64,000 nucleotides of DNA from Gammaproteobacteria bacterium. Its GTDB lineage: Bacteria; Pseudomonadota; Gammaproteobacteria; GCA-001735895. Position 1 is the stretch's first letter. Each line of letters begins with the position of its first letter. A program made the translations under genes and the position numbers. Below, one piece after another: positions 20,299-29,056 of the stretch. The DNA is taken from contig JBNKUM010000098.1 of the NCBI GenBank assembly GCA_050298595.1, positions 8,751-72,750 of the forward strand. The letters run 5' to 3'. The notes beneath the pieces are model-generated. The model saw only the letters and a list, made by a program, of their open reading frames with translations. It searched no databases and was not told the DNA's origin.

Positions 20299-20925
20299 AT
20301 GAAACGTCTAACTACTATAATCATCGTCTGCTTCACCTTCCTTATCAGTTCAAATGCCCAGTCCCAGATGCCGGGTTATGGTTATGCCCAGCCGTATCAG
20401 CCCTACCCTAATTACGCACAGCAAACGCCAGCGCAGTTACTGGAAATGGGTATTCGGGTATTACAGAACTACCTGAACTCAGGTGAATTTGATAATCCCG
20501 AAAAGGTGCTTAACTTCCTGGATAGCCAGATGTCTCAGTTTTTCGATTTTGAACAGATGGCTCAATGGGCCTCTGGATATCACTATAACCGTATGAATTC
20601 GGCGCAAAAATATATCTTTCAGTCGAATCTGAAGAAAATGTTTTTTGCTGCCTTTGCTCGAATCATCACTGCCTATGGCGACGCTCAACCTAAGGTTGAA
20701 TTTTTACCCCCCAGAAGACAGGGTTACAACGAGGTTTTAGTGACAGCTCGCGTTATCCCTACCGATAGCTACCCTATTCGAATTGATTTCCGTTTTATGC
20801 AAGGCCCTGGTGGCTGGAAGGTATTTGATGTAGGCACCAATGGCAACAGTGCGGTCGCCTACTATCGAGCCTACTTCAATAACCTGATTCGTAGTCGCGG
20901 ATTTAACTCTCTACTCCAACAATAG
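20299..20925 (+). CDS. Exported MlaC/Ttg2D-like hydrophobic ligand-binding protein, with no mla genes adjacent
   Basis: Signal peptide, FDFEQMA, and IDFRF....GWKVFDV..NG.S.V.YYR.YF, typical of the MlaC family. Confidence 0.75.
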   Translation: MKRLTTIIIVCFTFLISSNAQSQMPGYGYAQPYQPYPNYAQQTPAQLLEMGIRVLQNYLNSGEFDNPEKVLNFLDSQMSQFFDFEQMAQWASGYHYNRMNSAQKYIFQSNLKKMFFAAFARIITAYGDAQPKVEFLPPRRQGYNEVLVTARVIPTDSYPIRIDFRFMQGPGGWKVFDVGTNGNSAVAYYRAYFNNLIRSRGFNSLLQQ

Positions 20926-20938
20926 TCGACAGACATCC

Positions 20939-21883
20939 ATGGATACGCATCGCCTGCTCATCAAACTTAGTCAGCGCATACTCATTCAGTTTGCACTAAC
21001 AGTTATCATCGCTATTGTCGCCATTGCATCAAACCATGAATTCCTGAGTCATTTTTATCTGGAAAACCAGCAAACTAATACTGGCATCATTATTAACAGT
21101 ATAATTGCTGGCATATTTGGTATCGGCATTATCAACCTGTTATTACTCTTACTACGTTATCAGCGTGAAGAAAATGCACTGACTGGATTTGTAGAAAATA
21201 TTGAAGCTATCCGTAACGATCCTACCGAAAACTTAAATGCGCATAGTTTGATCGTAAAGCGTTTTGCCACCATGAAAGCCATCAACTCGGCACATGGTGA
21301 AATTAATCACAACGCACTGGCTGCGATGCTGACAGCCGATGAAGGTACGCGACTGGGGATCGTACGTTTTATCAATAACATCCTGATACTGACGGGTGTA
21401 TTCGGTACCATCGTTTCTCTTTCTATTGCTCTTATAGGCGCTTCGGACCTGATTGAATCGGCCTCTGCCGGTTTAAGTGGGATGGGCCTGGTTATCCACG
21501 GTATGTCAACAGCACTATCTACCACCATAACGGCTATCGTCAGTTATGTGATATTCGGTTATTTTTATCTGCGCGTTAAAGACGTACAAACGCATTTACT
21601 CAGTGGCATCGAACACCTGACTTCGGTCTATCTGATTCCACGCTTTGTGAAACGTAGCGAAGATATCATCAATCAAATGAGCGGGCTGATCAAAGGCATC
21701 ATTCGTGCTACTGAAAAAATGTCTGAGACGCAGGAAATCTATCACTCATCAGCTACCACCTTAATGCAATCCATCAATAGCAATAAGCAACAGATGGATA
21801 AGCTGGGCAGTGATATCGTTACTATTAAGAAACTTTTGCGTGATGGTTTCCGCCTGCCAGCGCCTCCTCCAGGACAGGAATGA
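20939..21883 (+). CDS. MotA/TolQ/ExbB-family ion-channel subunit with a C-terminal helical tail
   Basis: Four hydrophobic segments; the last pair carries LTGVFGTIVSL and GMSTALSTTITAI, the G..GT and AL.TT signatures. Confidence 0.8.
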   Translation: MDTHRLLIKLSQRILIQFALTVIIAIVAIASNHEFLSHFYLENQQTNTGIIINSIIAGIFGIGIINLLLLLLRYQREENALTGFVENIEAIRNDPTENLNAHSLIVKRFATMKAINSAHGEINHNALAAMLTADEGTRLGIVRFINNILILTGVFGTIVSLSIALIGASDLIESASAGLSGMGLVIHGMSTALSTTITAIVSYVIFGYFYLRVKDVQTHLLSGIEHLTSVYLIPRFVKRSEDIINQMSGLIKGIIRATEKMSETQEIYHSSATTLMQSINSNKQQMDKLGSDIVTIKKLLRDGFRLPAPPPGQE

Positions 21884-21895
21884 GCCCTGGTATAA

Positions 21896-22885
21896 ATGAG
21901 TAATTTCCCTACCATAGGACCTCACTCTTTAGATTCAGAAAACGAAGGATCCTTCTGGCCGTCATTTACTGACATCATGATGGTGGTGGTATTGATTTTT
22001 CTGATGGCAACTAGCTTACTGATCGTACGTAACTGGCAACTGGTTGCTGAGCTACAGCAAAGTATTGAAGCTGAAAAGCTGGCTTCAGAAATGATCGAAT
22101 CCACCTCGCAGGAAAACGCCACGCTAGAAGAACGTTTGATTAATGCTGAACAGTTAAACTCCATTTTGCGTTTACGCATCATGGAAAAAGATGAACTACT
22201 AGCTAAAGCCAGGCAACACGAAGAGCAACAACTGCTTGCGATCAATGCGTTAGAAAGCGATAAGGCCCGACTCAATCAAACCATAGAAACATCTCGCTAT
22301 GAACTTACCGATGCGCGCCAGAAAATCAATGAGATTAACGCACAGTCTGAAGTATTTGCTCGACAACTTGCCGAGCTAAAACTCCAGTTAGAAAAACAGA
22401 AACAACTCACCGATGCTGCACAGCAGGAACTGGAATTTGCCAATGCTGAAATAGCGGCACTTAATACATCAGCAGAACAGAAGCAGTTGAGTATAGATTT
22501 ACTGGAGCAGGAAAAAGTAGAATACAACCGCCAGTTACTAACGCTGCGAGGCGAGTACGACGTGGTGAAATCCAAATACGACCAGTTAATCAAACCTGCT
22601 CGTAGCGCCAGGGGAAAATATGTTGCCGAAGTCTATTACGTGAAAGAAAAAGGCGGCGAGGTTTATCGTTATAAGGAACCCATCAACAAAAACTACCAGA
22701 ACCTGTCGCTGGCTGAGGTTGAAAAACGACTGGATAAGCTCAAACAGGAAAAAGGCCAGGACCTGTATGTTAAAATCATTATCCCGAAAGATAGTGGCCT
22801 TACATATAACGAAGCCTGGAACTTTATGAGGTCATTGCTGCAGAAGTATGATTATTACTATCAGGGTAATGAATTAGAGGAATAA
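21896..22885 (+). CDS. MotB/ExbD-like single-TM partner subunit with a long coiled coil
   Basis: FWPSFTDIMMVVVLIF TM helix with Asp26, about 185 proline-free helical residues, then a small C-terminal alpha/beta domain; no OmpA motif seen. Confidence 0.7.
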   Translation: MSNFPTIGPHSLDSENEGSFWPSFTDIMMVVVLIFLMATSLLIVRNWQLVAELQQSIEAEKLASEMIESTSQENATLEERLINAEQLNSILRLRIMEKDELLAKARQHEEQQLLAINALESDKARLNQTIETSRYELTDARQKINEINAQSEVFARQLAELKLQLEKQKQLTDAAQQELEFANAEIAALNTSAEQKQLSIDLLEQEKVEYNRQLLTLRGEYDVVKSKYDQLIKPARSARGKYVAEVYYVKEKGGEVYRYKEPINKNYQNLSLAEVEKRLDKLKQEKGQDLYVKIIIPKDSGLTYNEAWNFMRSLLQKYDYYYQGNELEE

Positions 22886-23069
22886 CAAATTGTTATTAAT
22901 CTCAATTTGAGTTAAACCCGACACACAAGCATAGAAGGCTATCGAAACAGGTATTCAATATACGACCAGCTTTAAACCAGACATAGGCGTAATTTATTTT
23001 GTGAGTATAGATTAATACCATACAATAAATTATCCTTACCCGGTTAAATTTCAATAACGGAGAGGACAC

Positions 23070-24185
23070 ATGAGAAATACTATCCAATATTCATTATTAG
23101 CGTTACTACTTTCAGCTGGACTGACGGGTGTCGCGTCTGCTGATACCATTAAACTTGGGGTTGCCGGTCCGCACAGTGGTGACCTCGCCTCCTATGGTAT
23201 CCCTACTGTAAAAGCCGCGGAGCTGGTGGTCAAAGAAGTCAACGCCAAGGGCGGTATCAATGGTATGCAGGTTGAGTTATTAATCGAAGACGATGTCTGT
23301 AAACCTGAGATTGCAACTAACACAGCGACTAAACTGGTCTCTGATGGCGTTGATGTGGTACTTGGACATATCTGTTCTGGCGCAACCAAAGCCGCCCTGC
23401 CCATTTATAAAGATGCCCGCATTGTCGTGATGTCCCCTTCCGCTACCAACCCTGCGTTAACCCAAAGTGGAGACTATCCAAATTTTTATCGCACCATTGC
23501 TTCAGATGACGCACAGGCTATCAAAGAGGTTGAGTTTGCGCTTAACACGCTGGGATTGAAAAAAATTGCCGTCATCCACGACAAGGGCGATTACGGTAAA
23601 GGTCTTGCTGAATTTGCCAAAGCTTACATCGAAAAAGCAGCTAAAGGTGAAGTGGTATTATACGAAGGTGTAACCCCTGGCGCAGTTGACTACTCAGCCG
23701 TTGTACAGAAGATCAAACGCTCAAAAGCTGATGCTGTGATCTTTGGCGGTTATCACCCGGAAGCTTCCAAGATTGTCACTCAAATGCGTAAAAAGCGTAT
23801 CAAGATTCCTTTCATCTCAGACGATGGTGTTAAGGATGAGACCTTCATCAAGGTGGCTGGAAAATATGCTGAAGGCGTATATGCTACCGGACCACAGGAT
23901 AACTCTAAAAACCCACTCTCCAAAGCAGCAATTGACGCTCATAAAGCAGCCTATAAAGAAGACCCCGGTGCGTTTTATGAGAATGCCTATTCCGCAGCTC
24001 TGGCACTATTAAATGCCATTGATCAGGCAGGATCTACAGATTACGACGCGATTCGTGCTGCCCTGCAAAAGCATAAAACTGCTACACCTGTAGGCAATAT
24101 AAATTTCGATGCGCGCGGTGATGCCATCGGCGTTGGCTTTGCTATGTACCAGGTAAAAGACGGCGCCTACGTCGAAGTGAAATAA
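23070..24185 (+). CDS. Branched-chain amino acid ABC transporter substrate-binding protein (LivJ/K family)
   Basis: Signal peptide, IKLGVAGPHSG, GHICSGAT, SPSATNP.LT and HDKGDYG.GLA motifs. Confidence 0.93.
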   Translation: MRNTIQYSLLALLLSAGLTGVASADTIKLGVAGPHSGDLASYGIPTVKAAELVVKEVNAKGGINGMQVELLIEDDVCKPEIATNTATKLVSDGVDVVLGHICSGATKAALPIYKDARIVVMSPSATNPALTQSGDYPNFYRTIASDDAQAIKEVEFALNTLGLKKIAVIHDKGDYGKGLAEFAKAYIEKAAKGEVVLYEGVTPGAVDYSAVVQKIKRSKADAVIFGGYHPEASKIVTQMRKKRIKIPFISDDGVKDETFIKVAGKYAEGVYATGPQDNSKNPLSKAAIDAHKAAYKEDPGAFYENAYSAALALLNAIDQAGSTDYDAIRAALQKHKTATPVGNINFDARGDAIGVGFAMYQVKDGAYVEVK

Positions 24186-24199
24186 CATTCCTGAAAATT

Positions 24200-24229
24200 A
24201 GCCCGGCACTTTTTGTGCCGGGCTTTTTT
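24200..24229 (+). terminator. Stem-loop with U-tract after the binding-protein gene
   Basis: AGCCCGGCAC-TTTTT-GTGCCGGGCT followed by a T run. Confidence 0.75.
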
Positions 24230-24265
24230 GTTGCTCAATATTGACTGTCTGAATGCGAAGTACTG

Positions 24266-25168
24266 ATGGATTATTTTATTGAATTAGTTTTTAGCGGTTT
24301 ATCCCGCGGTTCCATCTATGCCCTTATCGCTTTGGGGTACACCATGGTGTATGGCATTATCGGCCTGATCAATTTCGCACATGGCGAAATCTATATGATC
24401 GGCGCTTTTACCGCTTACATCATTGCTTCCGTTCTCGGCATACTCGGCTTCCCGGTGCTTGCTATTGCAGTTTTGGCCGCACTGGCTGCCGTGATCTGGT
24501 CCAGTGCCTACGGCTATACAGTGGAAAAGCTGGCTTACAAACCATTACGTCATGCACCTAGATTATCGCCTTTGATCAGCGCAATTGGCATGTCAATTTT
24601 CCTGCAGAACTATGTGCTACTGGCTCAGACTTCCGACTTTCTGGCCTTTCCCGAACTCATTCCTGAATTTGATTTTATGGAACCCATAGCGCATATCGTT
24701 GGCACCACCGACATGATGATCATCGTAACTGCAACTATCGTGATGATCTCTCTGACCCTTTTTATTCGTTTCTCACGCCTTGGCAAGGCAATGCGTGCCA
24801 CCTCACAGGATCGAACCATGGCAATGCTTGTCGGCATAAACGTTGATCGCATCATCTCTGTCACCTTTATCATTGGTTCATCACTTGCCGCTGTAGGTGG
24901 CGTTTTGATTGCATCGCATATTGGCCAGATAAATTTCTTTATCGGTTTTATTGCCGGTATAAAAGCTTTTACCGCAGCTGTACTAGGTGGCATCGGTTCG
25001 ATCCCTGGTGCAGTTCTTGGTGGACTGGTGCTGGGTTTAACCGAAAGCTTTGCTACTGGTTATGTATCCAGCGATTACGAGGATGTATTCGCCTTTTCAT
25101 TATTAGTGCTGATCCTGATTTTTAAGCCATCAGGTCTGCTCGGAAAAGCGGAGATTCAAAAAGTATGA
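24266..25168 (+). CDS. livH: Branched-chain amino acid ABC permease
   Basis: GSIYALIALGYTMVYGII.LINFAHG and KAFTAAVLGGIGSIPGA motifs. Confidence 0.95.
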   Translation: MDYFIELVFSGLSRGSIYALIALGYTMVYGIIGLINFAHGEIYMIGAFTAYIIASVLGILGFPVLAIAVLAALAAVIWSSAYGYTVEKLAYKPLRHAPRLSPLISAIGMSIFLQNYVLLAQTSDFLAFPELIPEFDFMEPIAHIVGTTDMMIIVTATIVMISLTLFIRFSRLGKAMRATSQDRTMAMLVGINVDRIISVTFIIGSSLAAVGGVLIASHIGQINFFIGFIAGIKAFTAAVLGGIGSIPGAVLGGLVLGLTESFATGYVSSDYEDVFAFSLLVLILIFKPSGLLGKAEIQKV

Positions 25169-26388
25169 TCTCCTTAAAAGAAAGTAAACGATCTCTTTCT
25201 GTATCACTCTGGTTTATGTTTCTCACCTTTCCAATCATAGTCATCAAGGTCGACCCACTGGAAAAAACCATCGACATGCGCTGGGAAAACATGCTGCTAG
25301 TCGGTTTTGGTAGCTTTGTACTATCAATTGCCAGCCGAATTTTTTTCGAGCGCAGGCGTAGACAACAGGTAAGCAAAACTCTGGAAAAGGCAGAAAGTCT
25401 GAGCATCCTGCAAATTATCCAGCGCGAAAGACGTTACCTATACCCTATCGCCCTGGCCTCGCTGGCTTTTGCACTATTGTTTCCACATATATTTTCTACC
25501 TACCAGACTAATGTCATGGTTACGGCATTGATGTATGTCGTACTGGGTCTGGGATTAAACATTGTAGTCGGTGTTGCCGGTTTGCTGGATCTAGGCTATG
25601 TCGCCTTCTATGCGGTGGGTGCCTACAGCTACGCGCTATTAAACCTGCATTTTGACCTGGGATTCTGGTTTGTATTGCCTATTGGTGCCATTTTAGGTGC
25701 TTTTCTGGGGATTTTACTGGGCTTTCCGGTATTAAGGCTGCGTGGAGATTACCTGGCCATTGTCACCCTGGGTTTTGGCGAGATCATTCGCTTAATCCTG
25801 GAAAACTGGAATGAATTCTCGAAGGGTCCCAGTGGGATTGCAAATATAGACCGGCCCGGTTTTTTCGGTATGGATATGGATTTAAACCAGTCGATTACCT
25901 ATCTGTATTACCTGATGATACTGATGGTCATATTTACAATTTTCGTGGTGAATCGTTTGCAAAACTCACGCATGGGGCGAGCCTGGTTGGCTCTGCGTGA
26001 GGATGAAATTGCCTGTCAGGCCATGGGCATAGACAAAACCAAAACCAAATTGACCGCCTTTGCCTTAGGTGCAACCTGGGCAGGTATGGTGGGCGTTATC
26101 TTTGCTGCTAAAACAACCTTTATAAACCCATCCAGTTTTACCTTTCTCGAATCTGCTATCATTCTGGCTATCGTTGTGCTGGGCGGAATGGGATCTATTC
26201 TTGGCGTCATTCTGGGCGCCCTGTTTCTGATTTTGTTGCCGGAGTATCTACGTGCATTATCGGATTACCGAATGCTCGCTTTCGGCATCATTATGGTCAG
26301 CATGATGGTGTTCAGACCACAGGGGCTTATCAGTCAGGTGCGACGGCATTATCACTATAAGCCAAGTCATCAGGGGGAGAAAGAATGA
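25165..26388 (+). CDS. livM: Branched-chain amino acid ABC permease
   Basis: GLNIVVG.AGLLDLGYVAFYAVGAY and LRLRGDYLAIVTLGFGEI motifs. Confidence 0.95.
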   Translation: MISLKESKRSLSVSLWFMFLTFPIIVIKVDPLEKTIDMRWENMLLVGFGSFVLSIASRIFFERRRRQQVSKTLEKAESLSILQIIQRERRYLYPIALASLAFALLFPHIFSTYQTNVMVTALMYVVLGLGLNIVVGVAGLLDLGYVAFYAVGAYSYALLNLHFDLGFWFVLPIGAILGAFLGILLGFPVLRLRGDYLAIVTLGFGEIIRLILENWNEFSKGPSGIANIDRPGFFGMDMDLNQSITYLYYLMILMVIFTIFVVNRLQNSRMGRAWLALREDEIACQAMGIDKTKTKLTAFALGATWAGMVGVIFAAKTTFINPSSFTFLESAIILAIVVLGGMGSILGVILGALFLILLPEYLRALSDYRMLAFGIIMVSMMVFRPQGLISQVRRHYHYKPSHQGEKE

Positions 26389-27173
26389 GCCTCCCTATTC
26401 TGGATGTTAGTGGATTGGGTATGAGCTTCGGCGGTATTCGTGCGGTTAATGAGGTGAACCTGCAGGTGCATGCTGGTGAAATCATCGCTTTGATTGGCCC
26501 TAACGGCGCTGGCAAAACAACTTTCTTCAACTGTATCACTGGTATTTACAAACCCACTCAGGGAGAAGTTAAACTCAATACCCCCGGCGGCAAAAGTTAC
26601 AGACTAAATGGTTTAAAACCCAATCAGGTTGCAGAAAGAGGACTGGCACGTACCTTTCAGAATATCCGCCTGTTCAGCAATATGACGGTGTTGGAAAATG
26701 TCATGATCGGGCGTCATTGCCGTACTTCTTCATTTATCTTTGGCGCTATCTTCAGGCCCCGTTCCACAATGCAGGAAGAAAATGACATCATCGAAACCAG
26801 TTATCAAATGCTGAAAAAACTGGGGTTGGAAAAACATGCTAATGAGCTGGCGAGCAATCTATCCTACGGCGAACAACGTCGACTTGAGATTGCCCGTGCC
26901 CTGGCTACAGAGCCGGCACTCTTATTACTTGATGAACCTGCCGCTGGCATGAACCCTCAGGAAACTATGCAGCTTGAAGAGCAGATTCTTAAATTACAGC
27001 AGGAAGGTCAGGCGATTCTGTTGATTGAACACGATATGAAACTGGTGATGAACCTGTCACACCGACTTTATGTGCTGGATTACGGTAACTTAATTGCTAC
27101 CGGTACGCCCGAGCAAATTCGTGAAAATCCCGCTGTTATCAAAGCCTATCTGGGAGAAGAAGTCGATGCTTGA
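26385..27173 (+). CDS. livG: Branched-chain amino acid ABC ATPase
   Basis: Walker A GPNGAGKTT, ARTFQNIRLF, LSYGEQRRLEIARAL and LLDEPAAG. Confidence 0.95.
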   Translation: MSLPILDVSGLGMSFGGIRAVNEVNLQVHAGEIIALIGPNGAGKTTFFNCITGIYKPTQGEVKLNTPGGKSYRLNGLKPNQVAERGLARTFQNIRLFSNMTVLENVMIGRHCRTSSFIFGAIFRPRSTMQEENDIIETSYQMLKKLGLEKHANELASNLSYGEQRRLEIARALATEPALLLLDEPAAGMNPQETMQLEEQILKLQQEGQAILLIEHDMKLVMNLSHRLYVLDYGNLIATGTPEQIRENPAVIKAYLGEEVDA

Positions 27174-27873
27174 ACTCCACCAGGTACATAGTCACTACGG
27201 CAATATTTCTGCGCTCAAAGGCATTACTTTAAACATTAATGAAGGAGAGATAATCACTCTCATTGGTGCCAATGGTGCCGGTAAAAGCACCACGTTGATG
27301 TCTATCTGTGGCGTAGTCCCACCCAGTAAGGGCAGCATAAAATTCGAAGGCCAATCGATTCAAAAATTACCACCCGACCAGATCGTCAAACTTGGTATCA
27401 GTCAGGTACCGGAAGGGCGGCATATCTTTCCACATCTAACGGTTCAGGAAAATCTCGACCTCGGTGCCTTCCTACGTGATGATCATGCTGCCATTAAAAG
27501 CGACATGAAATACGTCTACGAACTATTTCCAATACTGTCAAAACGCAAGCACCAACCCGGTGGAAACCTGAGTGGTGGTGAACAGCAAATGCTCGCAATC
27601 TCGCGCGCATTAATGACGCGACCACGCCTGTTATTACTGGATGAGCCTTCTATGGGGCTGGCACCGCTCATCATCAAACAGATATTCGATATAATCAAAA
27701 TGATCAATCAGGAACAGAACACTACCATCTTTCTGGTTGAGCAGAATGCGAATCAGGCATTGCAAATCGCTGATAGAGGCTATGTGATTGAGAATGGCAG
27801 CATCATCCTGACCGACAGGGCCGAAGCTCTGACGCAAAACCCAGAGGTACAAAAGGCTTATCTGGGTATATAA
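27166..27873 (+). CDS. livF: Branched-chain amino acid ABC ATPase
   Basis: GANGAGKST, VPEGR.IF, LSGGEQQML and LLLDEPS; start at ATG 27166, overlapping the end of livG. Confidence 0.95.
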   Translation: MLELHQVHSHYGNISALKGITLNINEGEIITLIGANGAGKSTTLMSICGVVPPSKGSIKFEGQSIQKLPPDQIVKLGISQVPEGRHIFPHLTVQENLDLGAFLRDDHAAIKSDMKYVYELFPILSKRKHQPGGNLSGGEQQMLAISRALMTRPRLLLLDEPSMGLAPLIIKQIFDIIKMINQEQNTTIFLVEQNANQALQIADRGYVIENGSIILTDRAEALTQNPEVQKAYLGI

Positions 27874-27961
27874 GCCGATACACGATCATGGAATTACTGT
27901 ATAAGCTAAATACTTCGTTTGAGTTTCTGGATTTACCCCAGCATAAATAAAGGGAGAAAAC

Positions 27962-28768
27962 GTGAAAACACTTGCCTTATTAGCAGTCATCGTCATCCTT
28001 GCTGGAGCTGGGTATTACGGCTATACCAACTACCAGCAGCAGCAATTACTGGAACAGTCAGTGGCCCGCATGGAACAGGAAAAACAGGCCCTGCAAGATG
28101 CACAGGCAAGCAAAGATATCTTAGCGCTGAACCAGTTTATCGCCGATCACCCCCAATCCAACTGGTTAGAAAAAGCAATCTATGAACGGGATAAACTGGC
28201 CTACCATCAGGCTACGGAAACAAACCGGATATCAGCGCTGGAAAAATTCATTTCCCAATATAAAGGTAGCCAATGGATAACACAGGCTCGAAATCGTTTA
28301 CAGCGACTTCAGCAGGAACAGAAACTTCGAGCTGATATTGAACGAAAGCAGCAACAATTAGAGATTCAGCGCCAAGAGATGGCAAAACAACAATCAACTA
28401 CCGGCGAACTCGAAGAAAAAACCACTGACAACCCCATTGCAAGCACAACTCCAACTTCAACCCCCGCCCCAGCAAAAACCAGCAGCAGTTTGAGTAGTAG
28501 AGACCGGGTTAGCCGTGCTCTGGCGATTTATCAGAAACAACGACAACAGGAGCAGCATACTGATACTGAACAACAGCAAGAAGATCTTAAAGAAGAACGG
28601 ATAAAGAAGCGCTGTCTACAGATCAAGGATCAGATCGCGCAATTCAATAATAGAAGAATCAAGTGGTATGATCTGGATGGTAGTGGAAAACGAGTCTATC
28701 TGAATAAAAAGCAGGTCAGCATCAATAGAAAACGTCTTAGGGAAGAATACAATCAAAACTGTGAATGA
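27962..28768 (+). CDS. Hypothetical membrane-anchored periplasmic helical protein
   Basis: N-terminal TM, two F...(HP/YK).S.W...A helical repeats, a Gln-rich coil, a Thr/Pro/Ser linker and a C-terminal two-Cys domain; GGGAG RBS. Confidence 0.7.
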   Translation: MKTLALLAVIVILAGAGYYGYTNYQQQQLLEQSVARMEQEKQALQDAQASKDILALNQFIADHPQSNWLEKAIYERDKLAYHQATETNRISALEKFISQYKGSQWITQARNRLQRLQQEQKLRADIERKQQQLEIQRQEMAKQQSTTGELEEKTTDNPIASTTPTSTPAPAKTSSSLSSRDRVSRALAIYQKQRQQEQHTDTEQQQEDLKEERIKKRCLQIKDQIAQFNNRRIKWYDLDGSGKRVYLNKKQVSINRKRLREEYNQNCE

Positions 28769-28825
28769 AGAAAAAGATATCACATGATTTAATGCTGCAG
28801 TCTTTGTATAATCCCGCAGCATTAA

Positions 28826-28902
28826 GTCCCCGTGGCACAATTGGATAGCGCGGCTCCCTCCTAAGGAGCAGGTTAGAGGTTCGAACCCTCTCGGGGACGC
28901 CA
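28826..28902 (+). tRNA. tRNA-Arg (anticodon CCT)
   Basis: GTCCCCG/CGGGGAC acceptor stem, anticodon arm GCTCC-CTCCTAA-GGAGC, GTTCGAA T-loop and CCA; TATAAT at 28807-28812 with a GC-rich discriminator. Confidence 0.95.
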
Positions 28903-29009
28903 TTTATTCCAGTTAAAAAAAACCCGCAGAAAATTCAGGCAGGTTAATCTTGAGAGGGCATATATTAAGACTAGTCCATTCCGATAAAAGTGTTGAATTA
29001 TTTCTGCAC

Positions 29010-29038
29010 AAAAAAACCAGCACTAAGCTGGTTTTTTT
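29010..29038. terminator. Bidirectional intrinsic terminator between tRNA-Arg and amtB
   Basis: A-run, CCAGC-ACTAA-GCTGG stem-loop, T-run. Confidence 0.8.
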
Positions 29039-29056
29039 ATACGCAGATGTAAGATT

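Noticed and set aside
20939-22885. Zorya anti-phage system, flagellar stator MotAB, or TolQR/ExbBD
   Set aside because: The B subunit has no OmpA domain, the A tail is short compared with type I ZorA, and no zorC/D/E, tolA/tolB or tonB gene is adjacent. Reported instead as an unclassified motor.
22902-23087. 61-aa minus-strand ORF upstream of the liv operon
   Set aside because: It spans the AT-rich liv promoter region, overlaps the binding-protein start and has no coding features.
20209-28825. Integrative genomic island at tRNA-Leu or tRNA-Arg
   Set aside because: No integrase or transposase, and no duplicated tRNA 3' end (att site) was visible.
28616-28903. 95-aa minus-strand ORF
   Set aside because: It is an antisense reading of tRNA-Arg and the end of the upstream gene.
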